A stretch of 63,136 nt of DNA, the filler included, from Candidatus Fermentibacterota bacterium (lineage in GTDB: Bacteria; JAFGKV01): assembly GCA_016928395.1 (NCBI GenBank). It is 8 parts of 8 records of this genome, joined end to end, with 100 filler letters (N's around TTAATTAATTAA, not from the genome) between each part and the next. Parts side by side here need not be neighbours in the genome. Positions count along the whole stretch, not along the records: positions 25,141 to 28,376 come from JAFGKV010000056.1; positions 28,477 to 33,406 come from JAFGKV010000058.1; positions 33,507 to 47,929 come from JAFGKV010000059.1; 5 more parts are not named here. One strand, 5' to 3'. Position 1 is the stretch's first letter; each line of letters starts with the position of its first letter. The notes under the pieces are model-generated. The model was not told where the DNA came from. It saw only the letters and a list, made by a program, of their open reading frames with translations, and made no database searches. A program made the position numbers and the translations under genes. Below, one piece after another: positions 27,932 to 36,203 of the stretch.

Positions 27932-28376
27932 CAGTGAACGATGGGAGCCAGAGCCGGTGGCGCAATCGCTACCGAAAGCAGATAATCCTGAAGGAAATAG
28001 GTCTTGTGGGGCAGGGGAGGATCATGGAGGGGTCGGTCTTGGTTGTGGGCGCGGGAGGGCTGGGGGGGATTGTCTCCATTCTGCTGGTTCGCGCGGGAGT
28101 GGGGACCGTGCGCATAGTGGATTCGGATGTCGTGGAGGAGGAGAACCTCCACCGGCAGATGTTGTTCACCGAAGCGGACGCCACCGCGCGGGTGCCGAAG
28201 GCCGAGGCGGCCGCCCGAATTCTTAGGGAGATCAACTCCACGGCCCGGATCGAGGGCATCGTGACCCGAGCGACCGTGCAGACCCTTCCTGAACTCATGG
28301 CGGGTATGCAGGTGGCGCTGGATGCGACAGACAACTTCCAGACCCGTGATGCCATCAACGAAGTGTGCCTGGCCTC
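27928..28376 (+). CDS. ThiF/MoeB/HesA-family adenylyltransferase (3' truncated by gap)
   Basis: RYRKQI, VLVVGAGGLG, VDSDVVEEENLHRQ, DATDNFQTR; GTGA overlap with the upstream stop. Confidence 0.9.
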
Positions 28377-28476
28377 NNNNNNNNNNNNNNNNNNNNNNNN
28401 NNNNNNNNNNNNNNNNNNNNTTAATTAATTAANNNNNNNNNNNNNNNNNNNNNNNNNNNNNNNNNNNNNNNNNNNN
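28377..28476. other. Artificial contig spacer
   Basis: N-run with TTAATTAATTAA. Confidence 0.99.
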
Positions 28477-28544
28477 AGAATAGTCCCTGGAGAGCCCCTC
28501 CGCGGGGCGAAATGAGGCCGAACGCCTGCTCGCGCCCGCGGGAA

Positions 28545-30413
28545 TCATCGAAACGCCGCGGCCTGGAGCGCATACATCTTCGCGTACACGCCATCCGCCC
28601 GAACCAGGTCTTCGTGGCTGCCGTGCTCGATTACCCGCCCCTCTTCAACCACATAGATCCTGTCGGCCAGGCGAACCGTTGAGAAGCGATGGCTGACGAT
28701 GATGGCGGATCTTCCCTTGAGCAACTGGCGGAAATGGACGAAGACCTCATACTCGGAGCGTGCGTCCATTGAGCTGGTGGGCTCGTCGAGCACGATGATC
28801 TGCGAATCCCGCAGGAAGGCCCTGGCCAAGGCAATCTTCTGCCATTGGCCGATGCTCAGCTCTTCTCCTCCTTTGAACCACCTGCCCAGCAGGGTGTCAT
28901 ACCCCTTGGGAAGCCCCGTGATGGTATCGTGGATGCCCGCCCGTCTGGCTGCCTCCTCGATGTCTGCACCATCCACCTCTTTGGTCAGGTCGCCGAACCA
29001 GATATTCTCCCGCGCGGTCACCGGATATCGCGCGAAGTCCTGAAAGATGACCCCGATCTCCCGGCGAACCGCCAGCGTCGAATACTCGCGAAGGTCAACG
29101 CCATCCAGGAGTATGCGCCCATTCTCCGGGTCGTAGAGGCGACAGAGAAGCTTCATCATGGTGGTTTTGCCTGAGCCGTTCTCGCCGACCACGGCCACGA
29201 CCTCGCCAGGCGCCAGCGTCATATCGATGTCTTTCAGCACGAGTTTCTCGCATCGCGGGTAACGGAAGCTTACTCCTTCGAAACGTATCCCGCTCGTGAT
29301 GGGCCGCGCGATGGGCTTTGGAAGGGCCGGCTCGCTGATCCTGCGAGTCTGCTGGAAGAACTCTTGGAGATTGGTGAGGAAGAGGTTGCCTTCATAGAGA
29401 TCGGCCAGTCCCATCATCAATGAGCGAAGGGTTGAGAGGCCTCGCTGAAATGCCTGATAGTACATGACCATCGAGCCCACGGTGATGGCTCCCAGGAGCG
29501 CTCCCCGGGCTATCAGAACGACTCCGCCGAACACGATGAGCGCACCGGCCATCTGTGCCCAGAACCCCGCCACGGTTCGCTGCCGCGCCAAATCGAGGTA
29601 CTCACCACGAAGCGAGCGGCGCAGCTCCAACCACCGGTCCTGGAGCAGGCCGCCGAGCTGGTAGAGCCTGACCTCCTTCGCGTGGCCCAGACCCGACATC
29701 AGCGCATCATACGCGCCGACCATGCGGTTCCTCTCGGTGCGTTCACGCTGCCATCGATACCGTATGTCGGTATACTTCAGGCGCATGAACACGCTGGGAA
29801 TCGCCGCGATGAACATGACCGCACCCATGAACGGGCTGAACGAGAGCAACAGGCCCATCATGGCGACAAGGTTCACGACACCCTCCACAAGAGCGGTGAG
29901 GTTCTGAACCGTGCGCACGGGCCGGCTCCCACCCTCCTGCCGAGCCCGTTGCAGCGTGTCGTAGTAGTCGGGATCCTCGAAGAACTCAAGGTCGAGATCC
30001 AGGCACTTGTCCTGGATCAGCCCCTGGACATGATCGCCGACGATCATTCCCTGGGCCTCGCCAATCAAGCCCGAGATTCCCCCCAACACAGTTCCCAGAG
30101 CACCCACGAGGCCGGCAATCACGATGTAGAACACCACCCGGGGAAGCTGGGACATCGGATCCCCGCTGCTCACCGCAAAGGTGAAGGCGTCGATGATGAC
30201 CTTCATGAGATAGAGACTGGCCAGCGGCAATACGCCTTGTATCACCTTGAGTGGAGCGATGCTCACCAGGTGCTTTGGCGCGCTCTCCCAGGCGAGTCGA
30301 AGGGGGAGTCTCACGTCGAACGTCAGCCGGAGCCTCTCGCGAGGAGACAGCTTCTCCGGGGCAGCCGTGCGGGGTCTTCCCCACTTGAAATCGATAGGTC
30401 GAGCCATGATCAT
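28545..30413 (-). CDS. ABC exporter (fused permease + ATPase) of the type seen beside RiPP clusters
   Basis: Six-TM region, Walker A GENGSGKT, signature LSIGQWQ, Walker B IIVLDEPT, SHRFSTV; no C39 peptidase domain. Confidence 0.92.
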   Translation of the reverse strand: MIMARPIDFKWGRPRTAAPEKLSPRERLRLTFDVRLPLRLAWESAPKHLVSIAPLKVIQGVLPLASLYLMKVIIDAFTFAVSSGDPMSQLPRVVFYIVIAGLVGALGTVLGGISGLIGEAQGMIVGDHVQGLIQDKCLDLDLEFFEDPDYYDTLQRARQEGGSRPVRTVQNLTALVEGVVNLVAMMGLLLSFSPFMGAVMFIAAIPSVFMRLKYTDIRYRWQRERTERNRMVGAYDALMSGLGHAKEVRLYQLGGLLQDRWLELRRSLRGEYLDLARQRTVAGFWAQMAGALIVFGGVVLIARGALLGAITVGSMVMYYQAFQRGLSTLRSLMMGLADLYEGNLFLTNLQEFFQQTRRISEPALPKPIARPITSGIRFEGVSFRYPRCEKLVLKDIDMTLAPGEVVAVVGENGSGKTTMMKLLCRLYDPENGRILLDGVDLREYSTLAVRREIGVIFQDFARYPVTARENIWFGDLTKEVDGADIEEAARRAGIHDTITGLPKGYDTLLGRWFKGGEELSIGQWQKIALARAFLRDSQIIVLDEPTSSMDARSEYEVFVHFRQLLKGRSAIIVSHRFSTVRLADRIYVVEEGRVIEHGSHEDLVRADGVYAKMYALQAAAFR

Positions 30414-30632
30414 CCTGCGTGGTTGAGTGTTCTACTGGCCGTCTCATGCCTCCCGCGGCATACTGGCCTTGCCCTTGGCGGAGGCGGCAAGGTACATCGA
30501 TCCCCCTCCAAGATCCAGGTGTGGGCTCGCTGCGCTCGCAGTGCGCAGGATTCGGCTCGCTGCGCTTGCAGGGTTCAGGGTTCAGGGGTCAGTCGGGCCT
30601 CTGAGGGTGCGGCGCCTTGGTCACCGCTTTCA

Positions 30633-30710
30633 GGGCGGGCATGGAGTCCCGCCCCTACAAAGCTCTGCACGGCGCCGTTGCCTCGTAGGGGCTACCGTCT
30701 CTGGTCGCCC
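30633..30710. repeat. Head-to-head GTAG-REP doublet (copy 3 of the element)
   Basis: Minus-strand GTAG-GGGCGGG-ACTCCATG-CCCGCCC (30633-30658) and plus-strand GTAG-GGGCTACC-GTCTCT-GGTCGCCC (30685-30710). Confidence 0.75.
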
Positions 30711-30954
30711 GCCTTCCTTTGCGTCCTTCGTGCCTTTGTGGTAAGCGTCGCTTCGCTCGCAGTTCTCAGTCATCAGTGGTCAGTTCTCAGTCCGGGATCG
30801 CTGTCTGTCGACTGCCGACTGGCGCGATGCCGGCCCCCTTCACTTCTTCGCTTCTTCACCTCTTCGCTTTCCCATGTCCCTTTGCGAGCTTTTCGTCTTT
30901 GCGTGAGACCCTCGCTTCCGCCTTCCAAACCCCCAAAGATTCCCCCCTTCAGTG

Positions 30955-30983
30955 TTGACTACGCGCTCCTTCATGACTACTCT
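30955..30983 (+). promoter_or_regulatory. Sigma70-type promoter for the RiPP cassette
   Basis: TTGACT-N17-TACTCT, 65 nt upstream of the GAGGAGG-preceded ATG at 31049. Confidence 0.55.
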
Positions 30984-31048
30984 CACGTTCTCTGATTTGC
31001 CATAATCGGCGTTGCCGCCGCCCGAATCTCCCCGACGAGGAGGATACG

Positions 31049-31345
31049 ATGTCTGAGAGTACCGTACCGCGGGCCAATCCCCGCATCATTCTGAGGGAAG
31101 AGTTCGATGACTGGGCGGTCTTGTTCGATCCTGATACCGGAGAGGGCTTTGGTATCGACCCTGTGGCGGTCTTCTACTGGAAACGACTGGACGGGGTCCG
31201 CACGAAGTCCCAGCTCCTGGATGAACTCCGCCAGGAATGCACCGACGTGCCTGACGACGCGCCAGAGCATCTGGATGCGTTCATCGCCAGGCTCGAGCGA
31301 AGAGGGCTCCTCAGCGTTGACGAGGATGCGGCCGCGGAGTCGTGA
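31049..31345 (+). CDS. scmD: PqqD-family RiPP recognition element (SynChlorMet ScmD-like)
   Basis: PRANPRIILREEFDDWAVLFDPDTG...WKRLDG...LDAFIARLERRGLL, a stand-alone 98-aa PqqD/RRE pattern. Confidence 0.85.
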   Translation: MSESTVPRANPRIILREEFDDWAVLFDPDTGEGFGIDPVAVFYWKRLDGVRTKSQLLDELRQECTDVPDDAPEHLDAFIARLERRGLLSVDEDAAAES

Positions 31346-31418
31346 GGCGCGCCTCGCAGCCCATCCGACGCTCCCGCAATCCCCTATGACTGAGACACCT
31401 CTCGTGAGGAGATGACTT

Positions 31419-32564
31419 TTGGAAACGATCAATGAGCCCCGGCCCGAGCCTTCGGCATCCCCCGATACCGTGCCTCCGGCCTGTGGGTTCCATTTGCGTA
31501 CCCTGTACTTCTATGTCACCGAGGGCTGCAACTGCGCGTGTCGCCACTGTTGGATAGCCCCCCGATTCGAGGCCGGCTCATCGCCCACGGCGCCCTCCAT
31601 CGAGTTCGACCTCTTCACTCGCATCGTAGAGCAGGCACGGCCCCTGGGGTTGAACGGGGTCAAGCTGACCGGCGGCGAACCGCTGATCCATCCCGAGTTC
31701 GAGCGCATCCTGGCCTATCTGGCCCAGACCAAGCTCCGTGTCATCGTGGAGACCAATGGCATGGCGTTGACGCCAGGGATTGCCGGGTTGATCAAGGCCT
31801 GCGCGAACCCCTTCGTGTCGGTCAGCATCGATGGCGCCGATGCCGTGACCCATGACTGGGTGCGTGGAGTCGAAGGGAGCTTTGACAAAGCGCTTCAGGG
31901 CATCCGCACTCTGGTTGATGTCGGCATCAGGCCCCAGGTGATCATGTCGGTCATGGGGCGCAACCGCGATCAGATGGAAGCCCTCGTGGCTTTGGCGGCA
32001 GAGCGGGGCGCCTCATCGGTCAAGTTTAACATCGTGACGCCGACGGAGCGCGGCCTCAGGATGCACGAGGCGGGAGAAACCCTGAAAGTCGAGGAGCTGG
32101 TGAAGCTAGGGGAGTGGGTCGAGCGCACGCTGATTCCGAAGGCTCCCATCAGGGTCTTCCATTCGCATCCCTTCGCGTTCAAACCCTTGAGCGCCATGTT
32201 CGAGAAGGCCGGGGGCATGAACCGATGCGGCATTTTCTCAATCATCGGGGTGCTGGGCAACGGTTCGTATGCGCTCTGCGGCATCGGCGAGAGCGTGCCC
32301 GAGCTGGTGTTCGGGGATGCGCGGACCGTGTCTTTGGAGGAGGTCTGGAACACCAATCCCGTGCTGCAGGAGATTCGTCAGGGCCTCCCGTCGAAGCTGA
32401 AGGGAATCTGCGGCCGATGCCTCATGAACGGCGTGTGCCTGGGATCCTGCGTGGCCATGAACTACTATCGCCACCACGACTTGTTTGCGCCGTTCTGGTT
32501 TTGCGAGGATGCCGAAACCGCGGGGCTGTTCCCCGCGTCCCGGCTCCAGCCGGCGGCTGCCTGA
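31419..32564 (+). CDS. scmF: Radical SAM/SPASM peptide maturase (SynChlorMet ScmF-like)
   Basis: YFYVTEGCNCACRHCW, KLTGGEP, ETNG, VSIDG, SPASM cysteines RCGI...ALCGIG...ICGRC...CLGSC...FC. Confidence 0.88.
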   Translation: METINEPRPEPSASPDTVPPACGFHLRTLYFYVTEGCNCACRHCWIAPRFEAGSSPTAPSIEFDLFTRIVEQARPLGLNGVKLTGGEPLIHPEFERILAYLAQTKLRVIVETNGMALTPGIAGLIKACANPFVSVSIDGADAVTHDWVRGVEGSFDKALQGIRTLVDVGIRPQVIMSVMGRNRDQMEALVALAAERGASSVKFNIVTPTERGLRMHEAGETLKVEELVKLGEWVERTLIPKAPIRVFHSHPFAFKPLSAMFEKAGGMNRCGIFSIIGVLGNGSYALCGIGESVPELVFGDARTVSLEEVWNTNPVLQEIRQGLPSKLKGICGRCLMNGVCLGSCVAMNYYRHHDLFAPFWFCEDAETAGLFPASRLQPAAA

Positions 32565-32909
32565 GTGAACTACACCGCGCCTTGCCTGTATCGGCTGGCC
32601 GACGTGCCGTGCGTCATTGGGGGCTGCGTCGATGGCATGCAGGCCGGGATGGTTCCCTCGTGTACTTCGGGCACCGAGGCCTCGGGCAGGGGCGGGTGTA
32701 TAAGCGGGGCCGCGGCGGAGTATGGGTGCACAACCGGCGCAGTGGCGGGAACGGCCTGCGCCAATGGCGCAGGCAATGACCCCGAGGCTCCTGCTCCAGA
32801 GCGCAGAAGACCCGCGCGGCATAGACGGCCAGGCGTGGCGACGACCCATCCCGTCGAGAACGAACGCGAGGACCCAAAATCGACGAATCCTCGCTCGCGT
32901 TCGACCTGA
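32565..32909 (+). CDS. Candidate RiPP precursor peptide with CxxG repeats
   Basis: GTG directly after the rSAM stop; stop overlaps the next ATG (TGATG); leader YTAPCL, GG at residues 19-20, Cys at 21/33/45/55/65 each in CxxG. Confidence 0.65.
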   Translation: MNYTAPCLYRLADVPCVIGGCVDGMQAGMVPSCTSGTEASGRGGCISGAAAEYGCTTGAVAGTACANGAGNDPEAPAPERRRPARHRRPGVATTHPVENEREDPKSTNPRSRST

Positions 32910-33406
32910 TGACTGCGGAACCCTACCGCCTGACCCTGGCCGATGACACGACCTGGGGTCTCTCGGCTCCGTCATCCGTCCAGCCTTGGCTGGAGGCCCT
33001 GGCTCGGATCATGGAACTCCCCGCGCTGGGGTCAAGCATTCCCACCCATCATCTCCGATTCGTCGAACGTTCGTCCGCCGGGCTAGCCGCGGTAAGTCGC
33101 GGCGAGGGGTGGAAGCGGCTGGCTCTGGGTACTGCCATGCGGGTCTGGTGGCGGGACGGTGGAGAAGAGGCGTTGGTCGAGGTTGATCCGGGGCTTCTGG
33201 AGCATCCAGAGATCCGCGTCATCGCGATGTGGACCGCACTTCGGCCCATCCAGTTCGATGCCATTGCGGCTGGCGGTGGGCCGTTTCACGCTACCCTGGC
33301 GGCGCATAAGGGCCGAGGCGTGCTCATCGCCGCGCCGGCGGGGATGGGCAAGTCAACCTGCTACCGGCGGTTGCCGCCTCCGTGGGAACCCCTCTGTGAC
33401 GACTAT
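32909..33406 (+). CDS. scmC: HprK-like P-loop protein (SynChlorMet ScmC-like), truncated by gap
   Basis: YRLTLADD..W, LARIMEL, FHATLAAHKGRGVLIAAPAGMGKSTC...WEPLCDD. Confidence 0.8.
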
Positions 33407-33506
33407 NNNNNNNNNNNNNNNNNNNNNNNNNNNNNNNNNNNNNNNNNNNNTTAATTAATTAANNNNNNNNNNNNNNNNNNNNNNNNNNNNNNNNNNNNNN
33501 NNNNNN
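33407..33506. other. Artificial contig spacer
   Basis: N-run with TTAATTAATTAA. Confidence 0.99.
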
Positions 33507-33551
33507 ACCGGAAGTTACAAGATGTATCGTCCGGGCGAGCCCGGGGCCCCC

Positions 33552-33670
33552 ACTCGTTTGAGAGTACACCCCAACTTCGCGCTCGTACTCGTATTCAAAG
33601 CTACGATTCCGATGGCGATACCGACTCCCGCCCTCCCGCGGGCGACCAGAGACGGTCGCCCCTACGACGG
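33552..33670 (-). repeat. Dispersed GTAG-REP-containing element, copy 4 (inverted)
   Basis: Reverse complement GTAGGGGCGACCGTCTCTGGTCGCCCGCGGGAGGGCGGG...GAGTCGGTATCG...GAGTACGAG...TGTACTCTCAAACGAGT is collinear with 19667-19770. Confidence 0.85.
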
Positions 33671-33781
33671 GCAAAGGGTCATCGCTGTGCCTCACGCCCG
33701 CACGATCTGACCGCTCCCCGCGCCCTCAGAGGCCGGCTCGTGCCCTGGATTCTGCGGGCTCACCTGTCATGGGAGCCGAGA

Positions 33782-34294
33782 CTACGGCTTTCCTGCGGAA
33801 GATTCCTCGTCACAGTCACCCTTGAGTTTCATGAACTCCTGGAATGACATCTGCCTCTTGTAGCAGCCATCTCTCACATAGGAGAGCATATAGAGGAAGG
33901 TCGGCGCTTCGATGTAGCCAGGCACGACGGTGATGGGCGAACCTTCCTTGTCGAAGAAAGCGATGGACGGAAAGCCGCGTATGCCCATGGCCTGGGTGAA
34001 CTGGACATTTGTGTAGGTTGTGTCTCGATAACGAAGCGAGGCCTTTGCATCCTCCGCCTGAATGCGGCACAGTACGAAGTCGCCGGCCAGCACCTTGGCC
34101 ACCTCTGGATCCCCGAAGGTCTTGGTATCCATGACCTTGCACCAGTGGCACCAGTCGGTAAAGAAGTCGATGAGCAGAGGCTTACCCTCGACCACGGCCC
34201 GCTCCAACGCATCGTCAAAGGGCAGCCACTCCAGGGATGAAGCCTGGGCTGAAACTGCCAGTACCAGTAACAGAACTTGACCGAAGTGCCGCAT
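33782..34294 (-). CDS. Exported thioredoxin-fold protein (SoxW/DUF255-like)
   Basis: AAGGAGG RBS, signal peptide, WCHWC redox motif, RGFPS, VPGY. Confidence 0.88.
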   Translation of the reverse strand: MRHFGQVLLLVLAVSAQASSLEWLPFDDALERAVVEGKPLLIDFFTDWCHWCKVMDTKTFGDPEVAKVLAGDFVLCRIQAEDAKASLRYRDTTYTNVQFTQAMGIRGFPSIAFFDKEGSPITVVPGYIEAPTFLYMLSYVRDGCYKRQMSFQEFMKLKGDCDEESSAGKP

Positions 34295-34422
34295 TGTCCC
34301 TCCTTCTTCCGTAGTCATCTCGCCTTCCGGGGCGGGATGAGGTTCTTATACACGATGGAATATCACTACCCTTTTGCGTCAGCTGGCGTTCCCCTCCCAG
34401 CCGCGACGCCCACGGAGCTTCA

Positions 34423-35283
34423 ATGCCAGCCCCTTGCGTAGCACGGATTCTGTCGGAGTCGCGGGCCGTAGAGTGGTTGTACCCCCTTGTGGTGTGCCCC
34501 GCCTGTCACAGCGAGCTCACCATGGACGCGGAGCGAATCACACCCAGCCGATGCACAGGGTGTGATCGCGTCTACCCGTGGTTAGGTCACATTCCGGTCT
34601 TGGTTGAGCAGGAGGCACCTGATCCCGCGTTGCTTTCGCTGGCGCAGGTGTGGAATGGCGCCGCACCGTCGTGGAGCAGGAATCTGAGCAAGCCCGCCAA
34701 GGTGCTGGCCGCGGCTGAGACGCCGCTTCTTTCAATGGCCTCGGGCATTGTCCTCGAAGTGGGCTGTGGCGACGGGAGGCTCTTTCCCGCGTATGAGACC
34801 CGGGGCCTTCGGGCCATCGGTCTGGACTTCTCGGCGGTAATGCTGCAGATGGCCTCGGATGGCGGATTCCCGTTGGTGCTGGCCGACGCCCACCGCATTC
34901 CGCTTCGGAAGGGGTGTGTCGACACGGTTTTGGTTCCCTTTGCCACCATACGCTACCTTGACTATCAGGTCTTTTTCAAGGAAACGTTCCGGGTGCTGAA
35001 GCCCGGCGGCGTATTCGGCTTCATCGCCTGGAACGCCGCGTACAACGGAATCCGAGCGTGGCTCAGGCATCGGGTGGGGTCGTGGAGAACGGGCAGGGAC
35101 GTGGCGCGGCTTAAGGAAATCTTGGTGCCCTTGGCCGAGAGTGGATTTGACCTGGTCGAGATTCACGGGGTGTTCTCCGCGCCGCGATGGTCGCCGTGGC
35201 GTCACAGCCTGGCCTGGCGAGTCAAAGGGATGACGGCCGCCCGGATGGCGCGGGATATCGTCGTCATCGCGAGGAGGCGGTGA
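34423..35283 (+). CDS. Class I SAM-dependent methyltransferase with N-terminal Trm112-like zinc ribbon
   Basis: CPAC...CTGC..YP..HIPVL; VLEVGCGDG, GLDFS, RVLKPGG. Start uncertain. Confidence 0.82.
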   Translation: MPAPCVARILSESRAVEWLYPLVVCPACHSELTMDAERITPSRCTGCDRVYPWLGHIPVLVEQEAPDPALLSLAQVWNGAAPSWSRNLSKPAKVLAAAETPLLSMASGIVLEVGCGDGRLFPAYETRGLRAIGLDFSAVMLQMASDGGFPLVLADAHRIPLRKGCVDTVLVPFATIRYLDYQVFFKETFRVLKPGGVFGFIAWNAAYNGIRAWLRHRVGSWRTGRDVARLKEILVPLAESGFDLVEIHGVFSAPRWSPWRHSLAWRVKGMTAARMARDIVVIARRR

Positions 35284-36203
35284 GCACCGCTGCAGTGCTT
35301 CTGGCGGCCGGGAAGGGAACCCGTCTATGGCCCTTGACCGAGGTCAGAGCGAAGGCAGCAGTGCCGTTTCGCGGCGTCCCCGTGATCAGGAGTCTCGCCG
35401 ATCAACTGGCGAAGGCCGGCATCACTCAGTTGGCGGTGAACCTCCATCATCTTCCTGAGACGGTTCGTGCATCCCTGGCCGGCATGAACGTTACCTATTC
35501 CTATGAAGACTGTCTTCTGGGAACATCGGGGGCGCTCCATCCCTTGCGCGATTCCCTGAGGGATTCATGGTTCTGGACCGTCAATGCCAAAATCGTGATA
35601 GATCTTCCTCCCCTCGATCCGACCTCGCACTCGGCGGTGCTCACCGCCGTGCTGGTTTCCGCGCCTTTGGGTGCCCCCTACACCAGGGTTGAGGTGACGG
35701 GAGAACCGCCACGGATTCGCGGGTTCAGCCCATCCACGACCCATGACGGGTCGGGGCTCGTGTACACCGGCATTCAGTTGGTGAGTCCCCGGATCTGGGA
35801 GTTCCTCCCCGAGCCGGGGTTCTCTCACTTCACGACTGACGTGTATCCCAGACTTTGGGCAGGAGGTGAGACCGTGGCCGCCTGTGTGGTGACCACACCG
35901 TGGTTGGAGTTCAGCACCTTGTCCCGGTACTTGACGCACCACCTGCGCTTGGGCGCGAGGAGGGAATGGTGGGGTAGGGGTGCGGACGTGGCCTCCACTG
36001 CCCGGGTGAGCGACAGCGTAGTGTGGGACGGCGTTGCGGTAGAGCATGGCGCACGGGTTCACCGCTGCATACTGGCCGACGGAGTACGGATTCGTGCCGG
36101 TCGGTCGCTGGAGGCAGCGGCGGTGGTTCCCCTGGAGTGCAGCGGGCCGGATTCCCGAGGTGAGATCCTCGACGATAACCTGGTAGTGGCCATCCCTTCA
36201 TGA
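35280..36203 (+). CDS. Nucleotidyltransferase (MurU/NDP-sugar synthase-like)
   Basis: GTG overlaps the upstream stop; LLAAGKGTRLWPLT..AK, VNLHHL, LLGTSGAL, YTGIQ; C-terminal left-handed beta-helix-like repeats. Confidence 0.85.
   Translation: MSTAAVLLAAGKGTRLWPLTEVRAKAAVPFRGVPVIRSLADQLAKAGITQLAVNLHHLPETVRASLAGMNVTYSYEDCLLGTSGALHPLRDSLRDSWFWTVNAKIVIDLPPLDPTSHSAVLTAVLVSAPLGAPYTRVEVTGEPPRIRGFSPSTTHDGSGLVYTGIQLVSPRIWEFLPEPGFSHFTTDVYPRLWAGGETVAACVVTTPWLEFSTLSRYLTHHLRLGARREWWGRGADVASTARVSDSVVWDGVAVEHGARVHRCILADGVRIRAGRSLEAAAVVPLECSGPDSRGEILDDNLVVAIPS

Noticed and set aside
27928-28376. ThiF/MoeB gene as part of the RiPP cluster
   Set aside because: It lies on a different contig, across an artificial spacer, so the adjacency carries no information.
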